64,000 nucleotides of DNA, from contig JASTWF010000037.1 in the NCBI GenBank assembly GCA_030390025.1, positions 248,001 through 312,000 on the forward strand. Reading direction: 5' to 3'. This DNA is from Squalus acanthias. Taxonomy: Eukaryota. The translations under genes were made by a program, and so were the position numbers. Numbering within the stretch: the stretch's first letter is position 1; each line of letters opens with the position of its first letter. Positions 50,951 through 62,133 of this stretch are shown here, in pieces. A model generated the notes under the pieces. That model was not told the origin of the DNA, did no database searches, and saw only the letters and a list, made by a program, of their open reading frames with translations.

Positions 50951-51237
50951 TGACTTCTGATGGTTATGAAGATGAGGAATGTCAACGCAGGGGAATAAAT
51001 GGAAGACTATTTCGATCTAGGCATTCAATGTCATTAAAAAATAAAATCAATAAAAGTTTTCACTACAGAACAATGCTTCGATTAAGAGCCACGTTTGTCT
51101 TTCAGGGCGCCTTCCCTGTACTTATCCCTGAGGTGCAATTCATTTTGAATTGTCACCAAGACATCAAGGAGGGGGAAGGTTTCTTTACACTGAGGGTTGT
51201 TGGGACCATGGAATGCCTTGCCGCAGGAAGTGGTTGA
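50951..51237 (+). CDS. Candidate last exon of the RHBDD1-like gene
   Basis: Strong acceptor gattttttttag|TG, open only in phase 1 as required: VTSDGYEDEECQRRG... (weakly like human GSSGYQD, from memory). ATTAAA/AATAAA at 51033, 51040 and 51049 lie before the stop, so the 3' end is uncertain. Confidence 0.4.
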
Positions 51238-51289
51238 GGCAGAGACCATTGCATCGTTTAAGGGAAAATTGGATATTTGATACAGAGGA

Positions 51290-53185
51290 TATGGGAAGAG
51301 CGGTGCAGGGGATTAGTTTGGGGATTGATACAGGGCTATGGGGAGTGATTGGGGAAGTGGAATTAGTTTGGGATTGATACAGGGCTATGGGGAGAGAGCG
51401 GGGCAGTGGGATTACTTTGGGATTGACACAGGAATATGGGGAGAGAGCGGGGCAGTGGGATAAATTTGGGATCATACAGGGCTATGGGGAGGGAGAGTGG
51501 GGCAGTGGGATTCGTTTGGGGATTGACACAGGAATATGGGGAGAGTGGGGCAGTGGGATTAATTTGGGATTCATACAGGGCTATGGGGAGAAAGCGGGGC
51601 AGTGGGATTAGTTTGGGATTGATACAGGGCTATGGGGAGAGAGCGGGGCAGTGGGATTAGTTTGAGATTGATACAGGGCTATGGGGAGAGAGCGGGGCAG
51701 TGGGATTAGTTTGGGATTGACACAGGAATATGGGGAGGGAGCGGGGCAGTGGGATTAGTTTGGGGATTGATACAGGGCTATGGGGAGAGAGCGGGGCCGT
51801 GGGATTAGTTTGAGATTGATACAGGGCTATGGGGGGGAGCGGGGCAGTGGGATTAGTTTGGGATTGATACAGGGCTATGGGGAGAGAGCGGGGCAGTGGG
51901 ATTAGTTTGGGATTGATACAGGGCTACGGGGAGAGCGGGGCAGTGGGATTAGTTTGGGATTGATACAGGGCTACGGGGAGAGAGCGGGGCAGTGGGATTA
52001 GTTTGGGATTGATACAGGGCTGTGGGAGAAAGCGGGGCAGTGGGATTAGTTTGGGATTGATACAGGGCTATGGGGAGAGAGCGGGGCAGTGGGATTAGTT
52101 TGGGATTGACACAGGAATATGGGGAGGGAGCAGGGCAGTGGGATTAGTTTGAGATTGATACAGGGCTATGGGGAGAGAGCGGGGCAGTGGGATTAGTTTG
52201 GGATTCATACAGGGCTATGGGGAGGGAGAGCAGGGCAGTGGGATTAGTTTGGGGATTGATACAGGGCTATGGGGAGAGAGCGGGGCTGTGGGATTAGTTT
52301 GAGATTGATACAGGGCAATGGGGAGAGAGCGGGGCAGTGGGATTAGTTTGGGATTGACAGGAATATGGGGAGGGAGCGGGGCAGTGGGATTAGTTTGGGG
52401 ATTGATACAGGGCTATGGGGAGAGAGCGGGGCTGTGGGATTAGTTTGAGATTGATACAGGGCTATGGGGGGGAGCGGGGCAGTGGGATTAGTTTGGGATT
52501 GATACAGGGCTATGGGGAGAGAGCGGGGCAGTGGGATTAGTTTGGGATTGATACAGGGCTACGGGGAGAGAGCGGGGCAGTGGGATTAGTTTGGGATTGA
52601 TACAGGGCTGTGGGGAGAGAGCGGGGCAGTGGGATTAGTTTGGGATTGATACAGGGCTATGGGGAGAGAGCGGGGCAGTGGGATTAGTTTGGGATTGACA
52701 CAGGAATATGGGGAGGGAGCAGGGCAGTGGGATTAGTTTGAGATTGATACAGGGCTATGGGGAGAGAGCGGGGCAGTGGGATTAGTTTGGGATTGATACA
52801 GGGCTATGGGGAGGGAGAGCAGGGCAGTGGGATTAGTTTGGGGATTGATACAGGGCTATGGGGAGAGAGCGGGGCTGTGGGATTAGTTTGAGATTGATAC
52901 AGGGCAATGGGGAGAGAGCGGGGCAGTGGGATTAGTTTGGGATTGACAGGAATATGGGGAGGGAGCGGGGCAGTGGGATTAGTTTGGGGATTGATACAGG
53001 GCTGTGGGGAGAGAGCGGGGCAGTGGGATTAGGTTTGGATTGACACAGGGCTATGGGGAGAGCGGGACTGGGATTAGGTTTGGATTGACACAGGGCTATG
53101 GGGAGGGAGAGCGGGGCAGTAGGATTAATTTGGGATTGACAGGGCTGTGGGGAGGGAGAGCGGGACTGGGATTAGGTTTGGATTA
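51290..53185. repeat. 49-bp tandem satellite (GGGATTGATACAGGGCTATGGGGAGAGAGCGGGGCAGTGGGATTAGTTT), about 38 units, derived from a CR1 3' end
   Basis: Unit encodes IQGYGERAGQWD*; flanked by the matching upstream (51180-51290) and downstream (53180-53240) CR1 sequence. Confidence 0.95.
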
Positions 53186-54341
53186 CTCCATCAAAGAGCT
53201 GGCACAGACATGATGGGCTGAATGGCCTCCCCCTCTGCTGAAAACCTCTACGGTTTCAAGTCAATAATCTGGGCTAGTGGAAGGAAGGTCTATGGAAATC
53301 ATACAATCAAATTAACCGTATTGATTTCCAAACTATTAATCCAGCAATGTGCATATTATGGGCGTCTCCCCTCCTGCTTGCATCCCCTCTCTCATAAGCA
53401 GCTCACCCCTCTATTTCATCAGTTCTCTGTGCTTGCTGTTCCCTTGAACTTTCCTCTGTTGCTCCCCCTCAAGGTCCAAATGCACTGTGCTACACACTCT
53501 TCCTCCTTCCTGTGTTAATGTCAATGGATAGACTGTCCTCTTGGTCGATAATTCTAGCGAGAAAGCCGGTGGGAATACAAACCCTTTGGTTTCTTATCTC
53601 CCGCTGCCACGCGTCACCTGGTCCATGTACCGCACAGAATCAGGCCATTCAGCCCAACTGGCCCAAACGCACCTCCTCTCACCTCCCACCCCTACCTCTT
53701 TACCCAGAGAGTGGTGAGAATGAGGAACTCGCTACCACAGGGAGTGGCTGAGGCGAATAGCGTAGATACATTTAAGGGGAAGCTAGATAAACACATGAGG
53801 GAGAAAGGAATAGAAGGGTATATTGATAGGGAAAGATGAAGTAGGGGTGGGAGGAGGTTCTTGTGGAGCATAAACACCGGCATGGACCAGGTGGGCCACA
53901 TGGCCTGTAAATTTTGAACACAAAATAAGCAAGAGAAAATGACACAGGCTCTCCTCAGATCATCGAATATATTTATTATTACTGCACTGGGGAAAAAAAA
54001 ATAAAGGTCATTTGTTCGAAAAGAGGCAAAAGATATCAATCTCTCAACAAGAAAACCATTTTTTGTGCGATCGAATTTGCCCTTTACCCCAAAGTAATAC
54101 TTTACATAAGATACATGCTTTTTGAAATAATGTTATATCGGGATTAAAACAAAGAGAAGCTCAAAAGTTTCAAAAAGGTGTCTGTCTGTCAGCGCAAGAA
54201 ATTAAACAATTTTCAAGAAATCTAATTCACTCGACTTCTCCTTATCCGTTTCCATTCAACGCCTTTATTGTTCCGGGTGATTAATCTTTTCTGCCATCAA
54301 TGTGAGGTATGCAAGCACTGAAGGTAAAGAATACTTTCCTT

Positions 54342-55483
54342 TGTCAGCCTCAACCACACCCAGGACAGGTACAGCACGGGTTAGATACAGAGTAAAGCTC
54401 CCTCTACACTGTCCCTATCAAACACTCCCAGGGCAGGTACAGCACGGGTTAGATACAGAGTAAAGCTCCCTCTACACTGTCCCATCAAACACTCCCAGGG
54501 CAGGTACAGCACGGGTTAGATACAGAGTAAAGCTCCCTCTACACTGCCCCATCAAACTCTCCCAGGGCAGGTACAGCACGGGTTAGATACAGAGTAAAGC
54601 TCCCTCTGCACTGTCCCATCAAACACTCCCAGGGCAGGTACAGCACGGGTTAGATACAGAGTAAAGCTCCCTCTACACTGCCCCATCAAACTCTCCCAGG
54701 GCAGGTACAGCACGGGTTAGATACAGAGTAAAGCTCCCTCTACACTGTCCCCATCAAACACTCCCAGGTCAGGTACAGCACGGGTTAGACACAGAGTAAA
54801 GCTCCCTCTACACTGTCCCATCAAACACTCCCAGGTCAGGTACAGCACGGGTTAGATACAGAGTGAAGCTCCCTCTACACTGTCCCATCAAACACTCTCA
54901 GGGCAGGTACAACACGAGTTAGATAGAGTAAAGCTCCCTCTACACTGTCCCATCACTCTCAGGGCAGGTACAACACGGGTTAGATACAGAGTAAAGCTCC
55001 CTCTACACTGTCACATCAAACACTCCCAGGGCAGGTACAACACGGGTTAGATACGGAGTAAAGCTCCCTCTACACTGTCCCATCAAACACTCTCAGGGCA
55101 GGTACAACACGGGTTAGATACGGAGTAAAGCTCCCTCTAGATTGTCCCAACAAACACTCCCAGGGCAGGTACAGCACGGGTTAGATACGGAGTAAAGCTC
55201 CCTCTACACTGTCCCAACAAACACTCCCAGGGCAGGTACAGCACGGGTTAGATACAGAGTAAAGCTCCCTCTACAGTGTCCCATCAAACACTCCCAGGGC
55301 AAGTACAGCATGAGTTAGATACAGAGTAAAGCTCCCTCTACACTGTCCCAACAGACACTCCCAGGGCAGGTACAGCATGAGTTAGATACAGAGGAAAGCT
55401 CCCTCTACACTGTCCCATCAAACACTCCCAGGGCAGGACCAGCAGAGGTTCGATAGAGTAAAGCTCCCTCTACAGAGTAAAGC
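54342..55483. repeat. 67-bp tandem satellite, second independent array, about 17 units
   Basis: Same unit as 20895-32211. Confidence 0.96.
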
Positions 55484-55679
55484 ATGAACTGAAGGTGGAT
55501 AATAACGGGTCAATTTAAATCATTGATTCTCCAAGTGTTACTGATGGCGAGACTCCCTTTTGGGATCATTCTATGCACGGTTCAGCAGAACTACCAGAGA
55601 GCCTGGTTCTCTCTGCTTCCCCACCATCCCAGTCTGAATTAATTTATTGATTGAAGTACTGAGTGACAGAATACACAGA

Positions 55680-56110
55680 AAGAAAGGAGAACGACTTGAA
55701 TTTATACAGCGTCTTTCACAACCTCAGAACATCCCAAAGCGCTTTACAGCCAATTAAAAACTTTTTTTGAAGTGTAGTCACTGTGTAATTTAGGAAATCT
55801 GACAGCCAATTAATGTACAGCAAGCTGACACAGACAGCAATGAAATAAATCCAGATCATCTGTTTTTAGTGATGTTGGTTGAGGAGAAAGTATTGGCCTA
55901 GGAGACCGGGGATAACTCCCCATCTCTTTTTCAAAATAGTGGCCATGTGATCTTTTACATCCACCTGAGAGGGCAGTCGCGGCCCCGGTTTAACGTCTCA
56001 TCCGAGACGGGATCCGAGACAGTGCGGCGCTCCCTCAGCGCTGGCACTGGGAGCGTCGGCCTGGATTTTGTGCTCAAGTCTCTGGAACGGGACTATGAAC
56101 CCACGACCTC
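55680..56110 (-). mobile_element. DeuSINE (SacSINE1-like)
   Basis: Same core and tail as 22084-22554. Confidence 0.85.
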
Positions 56111-56354
56111 CTGTCCAGCTCTACCCTACGCTCGGCTCGGTGCTGAACGCACTTTCAGGGGTCGGTGGGCGCATTAGATAGTGACCGGGGTCACTGTAGG
56201 CACCTGCTGCCCCGACTCCCTCAGCACGGACTAGGGCATTGAACGAGGGACAAATAAAAGGGCATTAAAGTTATCCACAACTCTTCGTAACTAGTGTAAA
56301 AAAGAAAATGGGGCAATCACAACCTTTGAAACTATTGGCTCCTTATCGTTATCT

Positions 56355-57485
56355 TGAGAGCAGAGAAGGGGAGATTTGACAGAGGTGTTCAAAATCATGA
56401 AGGGTTTTGACAGAGTAAATAAGGAGGAACTGTTTCCATTGGCAGGAGGGTCGGTAACCAGAGGGCGTAGATTTAAGATAATCGGCAAGAGAACCAGAGG
56501 GGGAGAAGAGGCAAATGTTTTTTTTTTTGCACAGCAAGTTTTTGTGATCTGGAATGCACTGCCTGAAAGGGCGTGTGATTTATCCCAAAAAGGTATCAGT
56601 ACCAGCGCATTAAGTACGCTTTGTGTCAACACTGGGGCGTCAAAAAAAGCAGATCACGCACCTCGTGTGCCAATTGGAAGTGTGTTAGAAACTTCAGGCC
56701 ATCAAAGGACCGTGAACGGTAGTATAGTGGTTGTTACTGGACTAGTAATCCAGAGACCTGGACTAATGATCTGGAGACTAAGGAGTTCAAATCCCACCAC
56801 CCAGCTGGTTCACTCATGTTCTTCAGGGAAGGAAATCTGCCTTCCTTGCCCGGTCTGGCCTATATGCAAGTAGGAGGCTTTCTGTCGCACTAGACTGCCG
56901 TCAGATAAAGTAACCGCTCATCAGTGCCAGATACAAACAGACCAGGAGAGACAGATGAAAGAGCTCGAGGTTTTCATCAGAACATAAGAAGCAGGAGTCG
57001 GCCAATTCAGCCCCTCGAGCCTGCTCCGCCATTCAATAAGATCATGGCTGACCTGATCTTGGCCTCAACTCCACTTCCCTGCCCGCTCCCCATAACCCTC
57101 GACTCCCCTGTAGCTCAAATATCTGTCAATCTCCGCCTTGAATATATTCAATGACTCCGCCCCCACAGCTCTCTGGGGTAGAGAATTCCAAAGATTCCCG
57201 ACCCCTTTCGGAGCAGGTCGACAGTTAAAAGAGACCATTAGTGGCTGAACAAAATGTGTGCGCAACATACAAGCAGCGTCACCTCCCAAGTGGCGCGCCA
57301 TTCTGCCTTAGACATGCAGTCTATTCCTTCCTCGTGACTGGGCCATTATCCTGGGAGTACCACCACCACCACAAGGACTGCAACTGTTCAAGAAGGCCCA
57401 TCACCACCACCTTCTCAGGGCACCTAGGAACGGAGCAAAAACTGCCGGCCTTGCCAGCGACGCCCACATCTCCTGAGAATGAATC
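56355..57485. mobile_element. Mixed retroelement fragments: CR1 (+, 56355-56570), tRNA-SINE head (+, 56715-56870), CR1 3' end (-, 56980-57205), LINE/SINE 3' end (+, 57370-57485)
   Basis: EVFKIMKGFDRV...WNALP; TAGTATAGTGG...GTTCAAATCCC; GGCCTTGCCAGCGACGCCCACATC. Confidence 0.7.
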
Positions 57486-57859
57486 TGCCCCTCCCCTCCC
57501 CTGCCCCTCCTTTTAACACATTTCCAGAGAGTAAGAACTTAGACATTCCCTAGACTGTAAACAGGTTAAATAAAACCAGGTCGACTGCAGGTGGAAGATA
57601 TACATGTAAATTAGCAGACTGATTTTAAATAGTTTGAACATTTCAATGTGCAACATTTAATGCGAATACACTGGGTCTTCCACTTGCTGTGCCGAGGGAT
57701 ACACAGAGCACGGAAGAATTTAATTTCAATTTACACAGGAGAGGATTTCATTTTACATTGTCGATAGGCCCGGGAGAGAAAAGTATTTAAAAAAATCTGA
57801 TTGCAACTTGCGTTGAGCAGAGATCCAGCCTGCTACAGGTTTCAAATTTCAGTACCAAA

Positions 57860-58468
57860 GCAGGCTTCTTCTGTGACGCTAGGCCCAAGCTGTAACCACG
57901 GCGACTGTAGTGCAGGCTTCTGTAACCACGGCGACTGTAGTGCAGGCTTCTTCTGCGATGCTAGGCCCAAGCTGTAACCACGGCGACTGTAGTGCAGGCT
58001 TCTTCTGTGACGCTAGGCCCAGGCTGCACCCACGGCGACTGTAGTGCAGGCTTCTTCTGCGATGCTAGGCCCAAGCTGTAACCACGGCGACTGTAGTGCA
58101 GGCTTCTTCTGTGACGTTAGGCCCAGGCTGCACCCACGGCGACTGTAGTGCAGGCTTCTTCTGCGATGCTAGGCCAAAGCTGTAACCACAGCAAGTATAG
58201 TGCAGGCTTCTTCTGTGATGCTAGGCCCAAGCTGTAACCACGGTGACTGTAGTGCAGGCTTCTTCTGTGACACTAGGCCCAAACTGTAACCACGGCGAGT
58301 GTAGTGCAGGCTTTTTCTGCGACGCTAGGCCCAAGCTGTAACCACGGCAAGTATAGTGCAGGCTTCTTCTGCGATGCTAGGCCTAGGCTGACCTCACGCT
58401 GAGTGTAGTGTAAGCTTCTTCTGTGACGCTCAGCTCAGGCTGTACCTATGGGCAAGAGTAGTGCAGGC
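57860..58468. repeat. 52-bp tandem repeat (GCAGGCTTCTTCTGTGACGCTAGGCCCAAGCTGTAACCACGGCGACTGTAGT), about 12 units
   Basis: Periodicity is directly visible. Confidence 0.93.
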
Positions 58469-59390
58469 GGCTTCCTGGTTTGCTCATAATCTCCTCACAG
58501 GAAAGTGGAGCGATCTCTCGGGAGGGTTGGATGAAGCGGTTATCCTCCCCGTAGCAGCCCTTTCATCACCGACTCTCTGAGCTCGTTCTAACTCGTCTTG
58601 TTTAAACAACCAAGGGACCCGTTGCGCGGTTTCTCTAAGTCTAGAGAACTCGGGGGAGGGGGTAACTGCAGATAATTCACTATCTCCCTCCCCCAACCAC
58701 GTTACTTTGGTCCCACGGCACACCCGTGGATGTCCAGGGTGACAGCTACGAGGCAGAGGAAGGTTTTCCATTGCATCAAGTGACTCATCGATTCCAATCA
58801 AAGCTTGGTTTGGAGACACCTGTGAAGTAGCTAGAAAAAGGACAGGGCTCTTGGGTTGTAATTGCCTCCCCCTCACCAGTGTTTACTGCAACGGTGACAG
58901 TCGCTCTGCTACTGCAACAGAGTTCTGCCGCTCCCCTTTGAGGCCACGTGGATCCGGTCTGCAGAGGGGCTTTTTCCTTACTCTTAACAGCCGACAGGCT
59001 ATCTAACCATGGGGGGCGTCACACACAACCCCCTTCCTACCCTCGGATGACGTCTACATCATGCACTTACCAGCAGGGGTGTGGGGGTGGGCGGGGGTCA
59101 TGGCCGACATTTCTCTCCTCACCTTGCGACCGATTGTAGTGCCCCCCCATAACTGCCCGGGCTAGCATCAACCAGCTGATCGCGGATCACGACCAAAACT
59201 AGCTGGGACCCGTCCTAGTGTGCAGGGCTCAGAACCGCACATTTACTAGCCTGAGCATCGAGTGCGATGGCTTTCAATCAACCCCACTGGTGAATCGCAA
59301 CGTCAACACACTCTCAAAATAAATGTTTTAAAGCAGAGATGAGAAACAAAAAGGGGCTTTTAAAAAGGTACAAAGAGTCGCTATGACTGT

Positions 59391-59628
59391 GATCTCACAC
59401 ACACACACACACAGTAATAACAACCTGCACTGTGCCTGGGGATTGAAAGGCTTGCGGGCTGACCCAGGACGATCACACACACACACACACAGTAATAACA
59501 ACCTGCACTGCGCCTGGGATTGAAAGGCTTGCGGGCTGACCCAGGACGATCACACACACACACACACACAGTAATAACAACCTGCACTGAGCCTGGGGAT
59601 TGAAAGGCTTGCGGGCTGACCACAGGAC
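59391..59628. repeat. Three copies of a 77-80-bp unit containing (CA)n
   Basis: Units start at 59391, 59471 and 59548. Confidence 0.9.
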
Positions 59629-60968
59629 AAGGCCTGCCCTTAGGTACGAGTCGCTTAAGTCCTTGCAGTACTTACGATCTGCCACTAGAGGGAATCGTAG
59701 CCCTGGCCAGGCCTCTAAGTACGAGCAGCCACTACTGCAGCAGAGCGGGACTGAAAGGACTGGAGACCCGAGAACGTTGGAATTGCACCCGGGGGCAAGT
59801 TAGCAGCTCAAAGGGGAGGACGCCTGCATCAGGATGGGAATTACGACTGGGGAGGGTGGGGGGAAAGGGAGTCTCCACCTGAATCGTGAGCCTGTCGCTT
59901 CTCTTTCCAGATGATGGCAAACCTGCCATCCAGTTTTCGTTTTAATTTCAGTCTCTACTGAATGCAACTGTTGGGTTGGAGATAAACACGAACAGAAAAA
60001 AAAAATATATGGGGACGTGGAGGGGCCAAATGTGCCGTCACTGACGGGCGTCGGACCGGCTGCCCAGCTGACAGGACACATGTCGGTTAGCGTGTCTCCC
60101 CCTTAAGTTGTGCGGCCCATTAAAGGGGCCCAACAAAACATTTTAAACGGGGAACATTGATCTCCGCCCCCACCCCCCCCCCCTCCTCCTCAAAGTGCTT
60201 CGCGCACAGCGAATTGCATTGAAGAGCAGTGACTTATTACGGAGGCAAAGGGAGCAAGGCATTCTGCGCACAGCAAGATGCCACAGACAGCGAGATAAGA
60301 CGATGCTGCATTTGTCGGTCGAGCGAGGAACTCTGCGCAGGATCTTTCCCGTCCATCAGAACAGGATCTTGTTTCCACGTCTGTATCGGAACTGGCTCCG
60401 ATTTTTGTATCCTTATCTAAAGACGCGTGTGTGCGCGCGAGCGCGCATGTGAGAACGCCCGGGAGGTAGGCTGGAGGGTTGAATCAAGAGGATTGGTGCA
60501 TCGGTGCATCGATAGATGAACAAAATATATATTTTGAATGAACAGTAGAACACAGCGGAAATTGGTGTAACAGTTTTAAAAAATAAAAGACACAGAAAAC
60601 AAGCCCGAGATACCAACAGAGCAGCTCGTCGAACAATGAAACGGACTGACTGACTGACTGACCCCGGCTCCCATCCCCAGCAGGTTTGTTTGACAGCAGT
60701 CCTCGGAATGGAACGGTTTCTTTCGAGACGAAGAAGTGATTTGAGGGTGGGGGGTGGGTTGGCCGTCGTAAAAGTGGGAGGAATGTAGTCGTCTGTTCGG
60801 CTTCGGGCGGGCGGGGGGGACGACAAGCTGGGGAGACAGCCTGCCTGCCATCGCCCGCTGGAAACCAAAACAGCAGACACGGTTTTTTTAAAAAAAAGTC
60901 CAGTTTCCGTCGTAAAGGTGGGCGGCAGTTTCGAAAGCCTCCTGCGCCAGGCCCTCCCCACAAAAAAA

Positions 60969-61071
60969 TTCCCTCACTGTACCTCTACCTGACGAAGGGG
61001 CAGCAGCTCCGAAAGCTTGTAATTTTAAATAAAACTGTTGGACTATAACCTGGTGTTGTGCGACTTCTCAC
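60969..61071 (+). mobile_element. Short Penelope-like terminal fragment (family B)
   Basis: Shares AAATAAA.CTGTTGGACTATAACCTGGTGTTGTGCGACTTCTCACA with 20073-20118; CACAAAAAAA at 60959 and 61069 may be the target-site duplication. Confidence 0.8.
60986..61021 (+). ncRNA. Minimal type I hammerhead ribozyme motif (family B variant)
   Basis: TAC-CTGACGA-A-GGGGC-AGCA-GCTCC-GAAA-GC-TT-GTA. Confidence 0.7.
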
Positions 61072-62133
61072 AAAAAAAAAGGTGGAGACCTCTCCCCACA
61101 GCTGACGGGCTCCCCCCATCTCTCGGGGGGTGAGGGGCTCACACGGAGGCGAGAGATTCAAAACTCCTTTGTGCTAAAGACCCGCCAAACAGGGCGCGGA
61201 GATCCTTCGCCCCCCCCCCCCCCGCCCCGCCTCAAGGTACACCCGAAACCCCGTCTACAAACTGGACGTCAACAAACTGGACGGCAAACGCCGTCAAACA
61301 ACAGGCGGGGGGGGGGGGGGGGCGGGGGGTCCCAACCTGCGGCCCTCAAGCCTCGGCAATCTGGCTCCCCTTCAACCCACCACCCCTCCCGCCAACCTGA
61401 TCATATTTGCGCGAATGTATTTTTTTTTTGAATAGCTGGCCAGTCCTGCTCGAGTTGTGCAAAGCTGCTGTCCTAACAGGTGGATAATTCCTTATCGCTG
61501 GCATTGATAAATTGAGATATATGCAAATTAATGGGATTATACATCCCACCCCCCCCCCCACCCGCGCCCCCCCACCCCCCCCAACCCCCCACAAACCCCA
61601 CCCCAAGGCCCACGGTACAAACCCACCAGGACAAAAAGGTTTTGCTCCAAGAGTATTTTTTTTGTTGTATTGTTTGTTAAATAACCCTGCTTCGGTTGAG
61701 TGCAGGGGGTTCCCTCATCACGAGACCCACAGCCACTTAACTCTTCCTGCCCCTGCCGCGCACACGCCCACCCCCCCACAAGCAGAACCTCCCCCTGCAC
61801 AGACCAACGCTGCCTGAAAAGAGTCGTAGCTTGCGTCGAACTGCCTGATTCCCCGCCCCCTCCCCCCCCCCCCCGCCCTTCCCCGTCGGGTGGCTGGAGC
61901 TGTGTCGAGAGACCCTGATATAGCCTGCACCGGTATTTGGTTGCTCATACATTGAACGATTGATTACAATATAGAAATATTTCAATGCCTCGTCTCCTCC
62001 CTCCGCTCCCCCACCCCCCTCCCCCAAAGTATAGAAATATGTGTACTGGCATTAAGTATGTTACAGCTGTTGGTCGACTCTTGTGGTTTAAGGCGATTTT
62101 GGAAGAGCCACATGCTGGAAGTACTGCAGGTCA

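Larger units (their letters stand above)
59920..62133 (-). other. Probable 3' UTR of the AGFG-family gene
   Basis: Mostly unique, transposon-poor sequence after the stop codon; candidate ATTAAA signal on - at 59941-59946. The end point is inferred. Confidence 0.5.
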
